DNA of 59,013 bases, the filler included, from Dugesia japonica (taxonomy: Eukaryota), in assembly GCA_001938525.1 (NCBI GenBank). It is 6 parts of 6 records of this genome, joined end to end, with 100 filler letters (N's around TTAATTAATTAA, not from the genome) between each part and the next. Parts side by side here need not be neighbours in the genome. Positions count along the whole stretch, not along the records: positions 10,514 to 20,998 come from MQRL01625180.1; positions 21,099 to 32,504 come from MQRL01608616.1; 4 more parts are not named here. One strand, given 5' to 3'. Position numbers and translations under genes: made by a program. Position 1 is the first letter of the stretch; the number at the start of each line of letters is the position of its first letter. This document shows positions 10,946-25,140 of the stretch, piece after piece. The notes under the pieces were generated by a model. The model did not search any database, was not told the DNA's origin, and saw only the letters and a program-made list of their open reading frames with translations.

Positions 10946-13900
10946 TACAAGGGTTGCAGAAAAGTAATAAGAACAAGAAACAATCAATTATTTATTTAAT
11001 TCTTAAAAGGTGCTCGAGAGAAAAGGAAAGATATTAATCTGATGAGGCAATGTCATGACTATATGGAGGATGTTACAAAACTTCAAATCCTAAATCTGTG
11101 ATTTTTAATTAAGTCATCTTTGAAGTATACGGTTTTGCGTTATCATGTTGAAGAATAACGCCTTTTTTATTAATTATTTCACAACATTTCTTTACCAAAA
11201 CAGATTTTAAAGTATCTNATTGTCCAATTTAGAACACAAGATTCTTCCATAATAATTATTTATTAAAATTTAATAATAATTGCAAAACTGATAATATTTA
11301 AACAAAGGTCTATAATTAACATGATATTAATAATTTTCTTAATTATTAAACTAAAACTACATATCAATTTATAACTGATATAACTACTCTCTCTTTTTTA
11401 AATTTGAGTTTCAATTTTCTTCAGTCATTCTTATCTTCTGGGTTTGAGTTTCACTGCAAAATCTATAAGCACCTGGTGTGGGCTTATGAACTTAATTATT
11501 TTATATGAACCTTCATACCTTAAACCGTCTTCCTTCATCTCGTGTGGATCCACCTTTACCAATACTTCATCCCTTTCATTAAATTGTCTATATGTTTGTT
11601 TGTCAAATTCATGTAAGTTTTCATCTGCTACTTCATTCATTTTTTATGATCTAAATTTTCTTAATGTGGTAGCCCATGTAAAACTATCCTTCTTCTAAAG
11701 ATAATTTTGAAATGAGATAATTCAGATGATTTCTGTTGAGTTGCATTTATAGCAAATTGTATTCTTGGTAGTAATTTTCCCCTGCTTGCTTCCCAGCATC
11801 CATTTTTTCTCATTGTTGCAATCATATCTCTCAAAGTTCTAATCCTTTTTTCTGCTAAATCATTTGATTGATGTTAATATGGTGATACAAACTCTTGTGT
11901 TATCTCAAATTTATCTGCAAGTGATTGCATTAATTTTCCTTCAAAAATCTTTCCTCTATCAGTTAAAAATGACTTCGGTTTCCCAAAACAATGTATCCAC
12001 TGTTCTTTTATCGCATCAACCACTGACTTTTTATCCTGTTTATTCAATGCTACAAAAAAAACAAACTTACTAAATCTGTCAACCATGACTAGAACATATT
12101 TTTTTCTCAGTTTGTGCTTCGGGAAAATTAGCAACATCCATGACAACCTGTTCTAAAGGTCCAAACTCTGTTCTTGGAATCAGATACTCTTTTGTTCTAC
12201 CAGTGTATGTCTTTCTCATATTGGATATCATACATTTTTTAATTGGTGTTTTACAATCCGTTTTATATTTGACCAAAAATCACTTGCATTTAAATATTCG
12301 GTCAGTTTTTGAGCTGACACGTGACATAAATCCTAGTGAATAACATCAATAAGTTCGGGTATCGATTGCCCTGCACGTACTATTTTCTTTTTTTATTTTC
12401 ATTGATAATTAATGGTTCATTATTCATCTTAAATATAACCATTTTTAAAAAATATTTACTTTTCATCACTACAGCGCTCAGCTTACTATCAACTTTTCCT
12501 TTTTCTATATATTCAATAATTTCTCTTGTAACAAGATCATTTCTTTGTATTACTTTGATACAAAATTTATCAAATTTTGTTTTATCTAATGCATTGATTC
12601 TTTTAACCTTAGCTCGTTCTCCCTTGCAATATTGAGGCGACGTCTGATATTGTGAACACCAGCTTTTGCCTATTCTTGAAAATCGTCAACATTCCCATGT
12701 GCTGCTCTTTTTCTGAATTTTAGATCGAAATTAAATTATGCTAAATTTATTATCCATGTTTGGAACTCCGAACTAATATGTTTACTCGTCTTCTTCATAA
12801 ATGTCAGACCTTTATGATCTGTTCTTGCTGTAATTTTTTTCCGTATAAATAATGTTTAAAATACACCATAAACTCGTACAATACTAACAACTCCTTGAGA
12901 GTTACGCAATATTCTGTTTCACGATCATTTATTTATTAAAACTATAAGCTATTACTCGGTCTAATCTATCGTTTGTAACTTAGCTTAAAACTCATCCAAT
13001 TGACCCGAAACTAGCATCTGTATCCAATATCATTTCACTTTTATCATTTGGTAAAGCCAAGATAAGAGCACAACATAACTCAATATTCAACATTTAAAAA
13101 CTGTACTTACATTCGTTTTTCCATTCGTCGTTTTTTTCATGACCTCTATTGGCTGAATAAAATGATCCAGCAATGAGAGCGCAGTCTTTTATAAAGCGTC
13201 TGTAATAATTGTTTAGACGTAGAAATGCCCGTATTTTTGTTATGCATTTTGGTGTCTTCGCTTTTCGAATTTTCCAAATAGTATCTTCATTTGTCTCTAC
13301 ACCTTTAGTTTGAATTGTATGACCCAAGAATAGCAATTTTTAAGAATTGAAAAAGCATTTATTCGAATTTATTTTTAAACCTGATTGTTTGAGTAAAGAA
13401 AAACATTTACCAACCCATTCATAATGCTCTTTTTCAGTTCGTCCATATATCAAAATATCATGCAAGTATACTAGTACTCCTTTATACAATATTCCACCAA
13501 ATAATTGATGCATCAAACTTTGGAAAGTTAGTGGTGCAGTGCACAATCCAAATGGCATGCAATTAAAACCAAAGCTGTTTTCAACTTTAATTCTTCACTT
13601 AACCAAATTTGATAGTATGCTTGTTCTAAATCTAGTAATGAAAATATGATTGATCCCTCAAGCGTATCTAAAAGTAGTTGAATATCAGTTGAATTTAATT
13701 TTCGAAAATCCAGACACATTCTTATTGTTCTGTCTTTCTCCTTCGGTAAAATTACTAATGGTAAATTCCATAAACTTCTGGAACACTTGATAATATTTGC
13801 TTTTCTAAGATTTACCAATAACTCATCAATTTTGCTTTTCAAACACATTTGTTGTATTCTAGAATTTAACATTATTGATCATCCATTGTTTCAATGGGAT

Positions 13901-16318
13901 AATGCATTATTGTTGTAAATCCAAGATCTAAATTTCGATGTCATAAATATCGCTACCTGTTCTTCTACCAATCTTTGAATTTCTTGATTGAAATTCTTTT
14001 GAATATTCAGACTATGTTTCACTCGATTTGAATTCTTGACAATTGGCTCAAAAACATCCTTTGAATCAATAAAATCAACTTTGGTCATCTTCATTCAAAA
14101 TATTCTGATCATATCAAGGCCCCCAATAAATTCGAGACGAAGATTTTTGACAATTACTTCTTCTTTTTCTCTTCGTTTTCCATACCAATTTAAATGTAAT
14201 TTAGTTTTACCAATATATCTTTCTCCTTCGCTGAAAAAACTCCCGATAATACAATCTTCGACTGCAATAACACGGTTGATCCAATTCTTCTCCAAATTTC
14301 TGCATTCATTACTGATATTGAGGCTCCTGAATCCCATAACATTTCAACGTCATATCCATTACACTGCATTATACACCATTCTCTTCCATCTTTCTTCTGA
14401 AATACCTTCTTTTTGTCAAATATCATTCTAGCATCTCTGGCTTTACAATCGGTATAGTATAGTATAATCTATAAACTATATATAATCCATTTAAATCTTA
14501 CTGATAAGATAGATGCAGTGGGTTGTCAATCGTTTTTTATATCGTTATTGTCTATAGGGACATAATATATAGGGACATTCCCTTGTACAGTGCTGATTAT
14601 TGTTTTCTTCTGCAATACACAAAACTTTAGACACCGAAAAATCTTTTATTGGAATTAATAAACAATCACAAAAACTATGACCTTTCTTTCCACAAATTAA
14701 GCATTTTCTGTTCAATGGATAATTCATCCTTCTATGTCTAGTTTCTCCACAGCAAAATCATGCTCCTGTCTTTAGGATTTCGTTTTGTAACAGTATCGTC
14801 CTTTTAGCGTTACAACATAGTTTATTTGCTAGATGTTTCAAAGAATACTGCTGGAAACTATTGTACTGATCTTGCCTTTGTACCAGCTTGCTTTGTTCGA
14901 CATGTGGATCTTCTTGAAAGCCAGTTGGCCGGTGTCTAATATTTTTGTCTCTTTGAATACTTATCTTTGGGGATTGTTTCTAAATTTGGATTGATATATA
15001 TTCTTTTTCAATGAATCAGCATAACTCTCTTTCACCATTCTTACAGAGTGTGCTGGTCAAGGTTATCCAATTTAGTAGCAAATTCTCTTCGTTGGATATC
15101 TGTTAACTCTGGTTGGAGGATAAATGTTTCCTTCAACCTTTTGCTCCGTATTAGTTATAAACCATGTAGTTATTTCATCTAATGACTTCTTATTTGAAAA
15201 TACTTCATTGACTGGCTTACTATCTCAGATTTCAAAATTTCGATATTTTTCATTTGGTTTCTACAATATCTTAGACAAGGTCAAAACTTTTTCAACCAAA
15301 TGTTTCCTGAATTATGAATGATTCTTGACACCAAGAAATTCACAAATTACATTAGATGATTTTTTCAACTTTTTTGTTTTTTTCACCCCAATGCACTTGT
15401 CCTTTGAAATCCCGCCAAACAGACAGAAATGCTTTTTTTGATGAAAATTTGACTTTGGAGATGGAAATGCTGATTCACCTGGACTCAACTATTGGTTTCT
15501 ATGATGTGAATTGTCTTACATAGACCGCGTTTCATTGGATATTATTATTTTTTAGAGAAATGGGTGCTTTTCATTAAGAATAAAATTTGAATTGCAAAGT
15601 GTAATCCTTAAAGATTTTTGATTTTCAATCAATTTGTATGGCATCCAAATTCCTACCCGGAAAGACTTTCCAATTTGATGTAAATTAACTCTCATAATTT
15701 CTCCAAGGTCTAGCATCTAATGAGTTAACTCTTCACAACTTTGCCTCGGATCTGATTCAAACAATTTTTAAAATTTAATTTCCACTAACCAGTTGATAAA
15801 AGTAATAAAGAAATTCACAATTTTTCAGTTTTTTTTAAAATGATCACATGTTTCAACGCGGTTTCAACGAAAAAAAAAATTTTTGATTTGAAAGGCATTT
15901 TCAAAGAAAGCTTTACTTCACATTAGTTTTAACCGTTTTAATTTTTATTTTTTTTTAAAAAAATATTAGTTTATACTCTAAAAAGCAAATAATTTTCGCG
16001 ATACATTAGAAACTTTCCACAACACACCGGTTGCCGACCGTTGAAGTAGACTATTATCAGTATAAATTGATTTTAAACGATTGCCTGCATCTGAAGCATT
16101 TGTGTCCAAATCGAATTCGCATAACAAACAATGTCACAAATCCTAGCTAGCCATTTTTGAATACAAATTTTAAACAATATTTTCTCTAAAACTTATTAAC
16201 TGATATATTTAAACATAAAANACATTTTTGTTACATTTGTAAAATAATTTTAATTCTTCAATAATAATATAGCAAAATGAATAAATTATTTTCTCATTAC
16301 TTTCCAGCACCCCCAATA
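10946..16318 (-). mobile_element. Mariner DNA transposon with imperfect TIRs, interrupted by a gypsy element
   Basis: N-terminus from ATG 16154 (HCLLCEFDL); WMPYKL and VWRDFKG at about 15390-15750; GVILQHDNA and HPPYSHDIASSD at about 11000-11240; imperfect TA-flanked TIRs at 10946-10973 and 16291-16318. Confidence 0.8.
11245..15380 (-). mobile_element. Degraded Ty3/gypsy LTR retrotransposon
   Basis: Zinc knuckle CLICGKKGHSFCDC, protease LWDSGASIS, RT (MPFGL, YLHDILIY), RNase H, integrase (VDRFSK, TDRG); polypurine tract at about 11387-11399. Confidence 0.92.
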
Positions 16319-16570
16319 ATATATAATTTTCTATATTATGCTATTTTATTACAAGTTTGAATTTTATAACATTATTATTAATACTTAACTACGACAAAAT
16401 TAATTCTTAATAGAAATAGATTTCATCACCAACAACTTATTGTCTAATTTGTTATACTACTATTGAATTATCATTTTAAAAAATATATTTGAAAATTAAA
16501 TTATTTATTTATTAAATTATTTATTTATATAGAAAAAAACTAAGAAACAATTTTATTTTTATCTTTACAT

Positions 16571-17665
<1,095 letters not shown>

Positions 17666-17706
17666 TCAAACTAGATAAAACAGAGTTTAATAGACTTTGA
17701 GTTTAC

Positions 17707-17883
17707 TTGATCATCGGATAATCTGTATCCATTATCAACATTATAAATTGATCGAATAGTAGTTACAGTCGCCCAATAGAAATTCCAATCCTCATCTGGT
17801 GCTACATTTATCCAGCCACGAGCATCAAAATTATTCAGAAGCACGGATTTGTCAAAATCACATGCATATTTTAATTTTGCCAT
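17707..17883 (-). CDS. TTLL1: TTLL1 exon 1
   Basis: MAKLKY...DWNFYWA...YRLSDDQ; a 50-nt GT..AG phase-0 intron (17657-17706) joins it in frame to VLNHF, giving 420 aa. Confidence 0.93.
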
Positions 17884-18608
17884 ATTAATTAATTTAGCAA
17901 CATTAAAAAGAATGCATTATTAATAATTACATAATTTACATTAGCAACCAAATTAAAATGATTTCAATATTTTAGTATTTTAAAACAATAATAAAATAAA
18001 ACAATTTTCCATACAACTTTTACGCAACATTTTCTTTAATTCTCAATCTAAAAATTTTATTTTTTCATTAAAAAAATATTATTTCAGTCGCATCAAAATT
18101 TTATATAAAAATGCAGATCATAAGTGGCAATTATAAAAATAATTAATGTCTTGACTTCATGACTGTTGACTTTTTTCTTTTTTTTAAATTTTCAACCAAT
18201 TAATAGGTTTATTTTTGGAATTTCTTGCCGAATAAACTGATACTAATAATTTGAAATGGTTTAAATACCATATTATGTACATGGACAGATCAAAAGCACG
18301 CAAAATAAAAAGTAAATATCATTACTAATTCTAGAAGATTTATAAACTTTTAAAGCTACTAATAAAATTGACTCAGTCATAATAAAATTTTAGTAGCCAT
18401 TGTTAGAATTATAAAGAATTCGCTGTATATCGGGCTACATATAGTTTATTGAGTTACATTGTGCTGTATTCGATTGTATGTGCCCATAGGTTGTAATAGG
18501 TTTAACGAATGTTGTTAGATGTTGGAAATTATTAGTTTCATTTTCAAGAACTGGATAAATAAAATAATTAAAATAACTTCTAGATTTGTTTAAAATAATA
18601 ATTAAAAA

Positions 18609-18652
18609 TTAATATATGTATATATATATATATATATATGTATATTTATGTA
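18609..18652. repeat. (TA)n microsatellite
   Basis: atatatgtatatatatatatatatatatgtatatt. Confidence 0.85.
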
Positions 18653-19089
18653 TACTTTTATTTTGCTTAGATATTGTAATTTTACAATTACAATTATTGC
18701 GAGAATAACTGTTCGACTTAACCATAAATTGTATATAATTTAAATACAAATTTACGAATAGCTGCAAAATAAAAAGTGTCACCGTAAGTTATTTTATATT
18801 GACAAATTTTTATAAATCTTGACTCTATTCGGTCTATAATTGTGTAACATCAACTTCCAAATTAACCAAATAATAACATTAAAAATAATATTATACAAGC
18901 AAATACAATTTCATATTTATTAAATACATTCAATACAAACTATAAAAGATTTTTAAGAAAAATCATAAAACAATACAAATTTTATAATAAATTTATTTCA
19001 TCTTACAGTATCTAGAGTTATTCAAGCTTTGCTTTGTTATTGTTAATATCTTATTTCGTGTTTCAATTGACTTTTAGTCTTTTTCTCTA

Positions 19090-19460
19090 TGGATAATTTT
19101 AGGAGCCGTTATTGTCATCTGTTGCATGACGAAATACCGATTTCCTTTCAGGTCAACGGTTTAAGTCATCCTATCGTCTAAATAAACCAATTTAATAATA
19201 ACGTTTAAGATAAATTAATTGCTGTATATATATTATAAACGAAGAGTTATATCAACAAAACGTCATCAGACAGTGTTGTCAGATTAGATATTCTTCTTAA
19301 AGAAATATTGTGCCTTTTCATAAACCCATCCTCCACTTCCTTTTACAAAATGTTGCTGTCTTCAGTTAAAGAAAGCGCTCTGTAAATAATAAATGTTCAG
19401 TAAAATGCAATTATTAAGAAGTCATTTCGTGTCAGTAGTTTTTCAAATTTAAAACTTTCT
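19090..19460 (-). pseudogene. Pogo/Tigger (CENP-B-like HTH) transposase remnant
   Basis: Minus strand gives KGSGGW...FMKRHNISLRRISN across a frameshift, then TVDLKG. Confidence 0.55.
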
Positions 19461-20304
19461 TCCTACTTTCATTTTAAGTTCAAAATTTAATATTTATTTA
19501 AATATAAGAATTTCACATTTATTACTTTTACTTTAGCTAACATATCTACATTTTAGGTAAATTTAGGTTTATGTTTATGTAAATTTAAATTTATTCAAAN
19601 ACAGTCATGTGATCGTCTGGAACATCTTCATAACTTATAATACAAATGAAAAATTTAAACAAAATGTTTTTTTTGATAATTATATATTTTTCACATTATT
19701 TTAACTAGGGCTGGGAAAGGGTGTCTATTCCCAAAAATCCTGAAAATAACGCTAAGGCTTATTTTTGGAAAATGCGGTACTACTGAAATCCCTTATTAAT
19801 AATTACTTCAATTAAGTAAAATCTGTAAAAGGCTAATCTTATAATTTAAATTTTCTCAAATTGTTCGTTTCATACTTATATCTTATATTAATTCAATATA
19901 CTTTATTTTAGAAACACAAGTGAGTTTTGTAGTGACCCGCAGATAATAAGTTGCCAATGTCTGATCTATTGTTTTGTTATATTAATTATTCTTGTAATTA
20001 TCCGTGTAATCGCTTAATACATATATTGATTTCTTTGCCAATTTAATTTTGTTTCTAAGATTCTTACAACTTACTTTTTGTTTTACTCAATTCTGTTCAT
20101 TAATTACTTATCAATGAATTTTATCATCACAATGCATCGTATTTATCGATGTTAAAATGCACATTATTCCATTTTATAGTTATCACTTACTAAACAATAT
20201 TATCGAAAGTAACATTTCTGTCCAATTATTTCGAAGATTATTTCTGAAAAAATTATAAAACAAACTAATAGATAATAAGCAATATATTATCTAATTCTAC
20301 TAAT

Positions 20305-20925
20305 TCATATTTGATTTGATTTTTGTTTTTCACTATGTGTCAATAAATATATAATCTTACTGGCCACAGACAATTTTTCATCACAAATAATTATTGAATG
20401 ACATAATTCATTTATAAAATCCACGTGTTTGTTTAATTTCTTTATCAAATTTCTTAATTTATGACCATAAGCTTTCGAGAAATCAGCCATATTTTTCTGT
20501 AATTCGTTATCGGTAGTTAATAGACTGTCAAATTCACAAATGAAACTTAAACAATTTGACAGTTCTTGAGTTAAAACTACCAAATTATGATCAAATTCAT
20601 CAAGTTTCTGATCTATAGATTTTAATATTATTATATAATCGTATGCTGAATGCATACATCTTCTATGTTCATCAGAATTGAAAAAACTTTGTTGTCCACT
20701 CATCGAATCAAATCCTTTTTTAATTCCGATAGCATTCACTTGTGAACCTTTACTGGTTTTAGTTTCAGTTTTAAATCGGTTGATTGATGAAGATGTTTTT
20801 GAATGCAAAGCTCTTAACATTGCAAACAAAGATGCCTGTTCTTTTATTATTGAATAATCATTTGATACTATGCTGCTTTCACTAAGTGATTTTTGTTTAG
20901 TCATCGGATTCGGATGTTTTTTCAT
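20305..20925 (-). CDS. Hypothetical alpha-helical / coiled-coil protein
   Basis: Uninterrupted 206-codon ORF in very AT-rich DNA; no family recognised; lies near the contig end, so upstream exons may be missing. Confidence 0.6.
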   Translation of the reverse strand: MKKHPNPMTKQKSLSESSIVSNDYSIIKEQASLFAMLRALHSKTSSSINRFKTETKTSKGSQVNAIGIKKGFDSMSGQQSFFNSDEHRRCMHSAYDYIIILKSIDQKLDEFDHNLVVLTQELSNCLSFICEFDSLLTTDNELQKNMADFSKAYGHKLRNLIKKLNKHVDFINELCHSIIICDEKLSVASKIIYLLTHSEKQKSNQI

Positions 20926-20998
20926 TTTTTAGGATTTAAGTTATATTTTCTATTTTCATTTTATCATTGATTTTTTAATTATAATCATTATACTAAAT

Positions 20999-21098
20999 NN
21001 NNNNNNNNNNNNNNNNNNNNNNNNNNNNNNNNNNNNNNNNNNTTAATTAATTAANNNNNNNNNNNNNNNNNNNNNNNNNNNNNNNNNNNNNNNNNNNN
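20999..21098. other. Artificial contig linker
   Basis: N44-TTAATTAATTAA-N44. Confidence 0.97.
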
Positions 21099-24000
21099 AC
21101 CTGTTAATGTAGTAAAGAGTTACGCTGGTGTAACACGTGGAGAACGTTTCGTAGAGAGGAGACAAAATATTGTAAAAGTTACGAAAAGAACAGAACCAGA
21201 GTGTTGAACATGCCAGAATTATGGGCATACAAAAAGAGAGTGTACAAAAAATTCTCATGTGTAATGGTGGACTTGTTACAAGAAAAGGCATTTAAGTAGA
21301 AATTGCCCGGACAAGAAACTACCAAAATGTTTAAGGTGTGGTAAGATTGGTCATCGCAGAAGGATGTGCACAGAAATTGTATGTGGGGGATGTAAAAGAC
21401 TGTGTCACAGAGTAGAAGAATGTTATTCGAACATTAATAAACCTAGACTAGAAGAGAGAAGATACAATTTTAAAAAGCAAACAACAATCAAAAGATTGGA
21501 GTCGGACAAAACCAATTTATGCCATTCGAGAAGAATTTGATGATGAGAATGAAGAGAGATTCTCTGAGAGCATAATATAAAATGAAGATCCAAGAAGAGA
21601 ATACCCAAAAGGCAGGGCTCCACCAGTAGAGGAGTTGGTTGGTTTTAATATCCTCAAGAGACCGAGAAATGGAATGAGACGAGTAAAGTAGAAGAAACGG
21701 TGTACAGATTCTTAAAAAGAGATAGTTTTAATGATGCGGAAGTTAACAAAGCAGAGGTGATAGGAATAATTGGAGAGAAACAGAACTCAGAAATTTGTAC
21801 GATAAAATGCACGTGAGACCTAGAATTTCAGTGATAATCAAGGGTGAATAGTTTGATTTTTTGTTGGGCACAAGAGCAAGAATATATGTGATGAGCATAA
21901 AAGGATTTAATAGACTCAGAAAAACCATGTTAGAGAAAAGCGAGGAACTATTGTATTGCGCCAAAACCAGCTCACTGGAGACGATTGGAAAGATACCTGT
22001 CGAAGTTTCTGAGGTGTGCAAGAAAGTAACATTTATAACAGTAGAAAATTTAATACCAGATCTAATTGGTGGAATGAAATTTTAGAATACTTTTAGGTAT
22101 CATCTGCAAAAATGTGCAGGGTAGACATCAATAATTATCGAGAAAAATTTGTTTCAATATCGAGGCAAAACTTTTAAGACAAATACAGATGGCTGAACTA
22201 TTGTGACATGCAATGGAGATTCTAGAAATTAACAAATATCATAGATTGACTGTCATTATTCAGAATAATGAGCATGTATTTATGGCGGATAAATGGGACA
22301 TCGGATGTACACACTTAACGAAGCATCGAATGTTCACTAAAGAAGGTCCAATCAACATAAAACCGTATCGGCAANCAATAAATCTAGAGGAAAAGTTTGA
22401 TGAGGCCATCAAGAACCTATGCAAAAGGCCTATAGCAAAACGGATGAAAAAGTTGAAAATTACATTTGCAATATTGAAGCGAAATTTGGGAGACAAATTA
22501 AAAAAGGAGAGGGATTGACAAGACCCTTAAATAATTTGGAGATTAAAGACGATCGATGGTTTTTGAAAATAATTGAAAGTAAAGAAGATGCTTTTATGGC
22601 AGATAAATTAAATGTGGGACGCACACAACTGACAAAACACAAAATAATCACAAGTGGTGAACCAATCAATGTAAAATCATACATGAAACAAGTGAACCTA
22701 CAATCTAAAGTTGAAGAAGCTATCCAAACCTTTTCCGAGAATAATATTATCCGGAAATTCAACTCGCCATGGAATATCCCACTGATCTGTATTTGGAAAA
22801 AAGAAAAGAAAGACATAAAAAAATGTTTGAATTTCAGACAATTGAATGCAGCAACGAAAAGACAAGCCATTTCGATATCCAATGTAGACGAAATGTTGGA
22901 CAAGTTAGATAGACCTAAATATTTCAGTTCAATAGATTTTGAAAATGCGTACTATCAGGTAGAGCTCGAAGATGAATCTCAAGAAAAAACGGAGTTTCCA
23001 ACGAAGAAGAACAATATTGTTTTAATAGAATGCCATATGTCATTGAAACGGGCCATTTCAGAAGATGATGACAGGTGATACGTGGAATTAACGGAGCTAT
23101 GGCTTATCTTGATGAAATTCTGATATTTACGAACAATAACGATCAACACTATGAAGTAAGTGAGTATTGACGTATATAATGAAGGCTGGTTTAAGAATTA
23201 AACCAAAAAGTGTCAGTTTCTTCAAAGCGAAATCAAGTTTCTTGGACACATAATTAGCAAGGATTGTGTCAAAACTGATCGGTCTAAAAATGAAGCAATA
23301 AGTACATTTGGCAAGCCTAACTGTGTGAAGAAGCTGCAAAAATTATTTAGGAATTTGTAATTATTACAAAAAGCTTATAAAAAACTACGCAAGAAAATCA
23401 AGGATCTTAAAGCCATTGTTTAGTGGATCATGCAACAAGAAGTTAGAATGGACCGAAGAAATAAACGATACTTTAAGGGTCTGAAGAAATCTCTAATGTC
23501 TGCGCCAATATTATGTTTCCAGACATAAACAGAGTATTTATATTAGATACAGATACCAATTTTGATAAAATTGGAACAGTATTGGTACAGAGAGATAAAG
23601 AAGGAAGAGAAAGAGTTGTTGCCAACGGATTACACCCAATGACGAGTCATGAAAATTGATATTGCATCACACGAAAGGAATTATTGGCAGTGTATTATTT
23701 ATGCATGCACTTCAAACATTACTTGTACGATAGAAGATTTACTCTTAGAACAGATAATTAAGCTCTAACTTTCATGATGACGACGAAGAAACTAATTACG
23801 TCACAATTCCAGACATAGATTAGTTTAGACATGGGGATTTAGACATGGTTTTGAAATATATAGAAAAGAAATTCAACTTGGTAATGAAGATATGTTATCT
23901 AGACCAATATATGAGGTTTGTGGACAATGTCAAATGTCACATTAAGATGTCAAGAAAGGGAAGATTAAAACGTGAATACTAAACATAATTGAAAAGGAAA

Positions 24001-24915
24001 AAGAAGAGCAATTAAAAATTTCTGAGGAAATAGATTTTATCAAGAAAATAAAAATTTTGGATGAAATACATAAACTTTAATGTCATATTGCAGTTGAAAA
24101 GGTTTGCAAATATATTAGAAACAAATATATTGCGAATAATTTGTGGAGCCAAATACAGAAAATAGTTCGTAGTTGTGAACTTTATCAGAAGATGAAAGTA
24201 GTGATGACAGCAACTAAAGGGAAAATAAAGAAATTAGAAGATACCAATTTGTTTGAAGTCATATTCATAGATATATGTGGGTTAATGCGGTAAAAATTAT
24301 ACAAAATACATAATTGACCAGTACAGTAAATATCTGGGTCTTATACCATTGCCTAGACAAGACTTAGAAACAATACGAAAAGCTATTTTTAAAAAGTAGA
24401 TAATGAGATTTGGATGTCCAAGAGAAATAAGACTAGATTGAGGAAAAGCTTTTGAATCCTGGGTATGCGAGAGTTTTCACAAAAGATAGATATTAAACTT
24501 TGCTTTGCAAGTCCCTACCATCAAAATGCAAACAGAAAAATTGAAAGACAGTGCAGAACAATTTAAGATTTAATTAATGTAACACTTCAGAAAGGAAAGT
24601 CAACAGATTTGGCAGATCTTTTATTGGCAATAGAATGTACTAATAGAATAATAGATCGTTTTTGGAAAGAAAATTTGAAAAGAAAAGTAGTGAGTCAGAC
24701 GTTTCAGATAAAATTAAAGAAAACACTTCAGACGTGATTACTAACAGATAATTCGAATTAGGCGATTTTGTACTCATCAATGTAGAAACAAGAAATAAAA
24801 GTCAAGACAGAGTTGAAAGAACTTATCGAAAATTGACAAAGTTCATGAAACACGGTATACGGTAGAAGGAGTAAATGGATAGCGATTAAAAAGAAAGTTT
24901 TTTATGAAGGGGATA
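21099..24915 (+). mobile_element. Degraded Ty3/gypsy internal region (gag-PR-RT-RH-IN)
   Basis: Double zinc knuckle CLRCGKIGH..CGGCKRLCH; SPWN; YLDEIL; ILDTD; integrase core; purine tract before 24916. Confidence 0.92.
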
Positions 24916-25140
24916 TGAGGAAATAATAATTATTTAATAATTTAAGTCAATAGAAAGTGATTAAATTGAATATTAAGATTTAATCAATTCTAATCACTTA
25001 TATTTATCTTATCAACTATGTGTTGTAGTAGTAAAATAAATGATGTCTCAATATATTAGTTTTGATTCGGAAAATGACTTATCAATTGAAGATTTTCCTA
25101 GAATAGTTAATTTAATTCATTTATATTCAATTAATTTTAA
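24916..25140 (+). repeat. Probable 3' LTR (end approximate)
   Basis: Starts with TG just after the purine tract; similar to sequence starting at 33515 after the homologous integrase. Confidence 0.55.
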
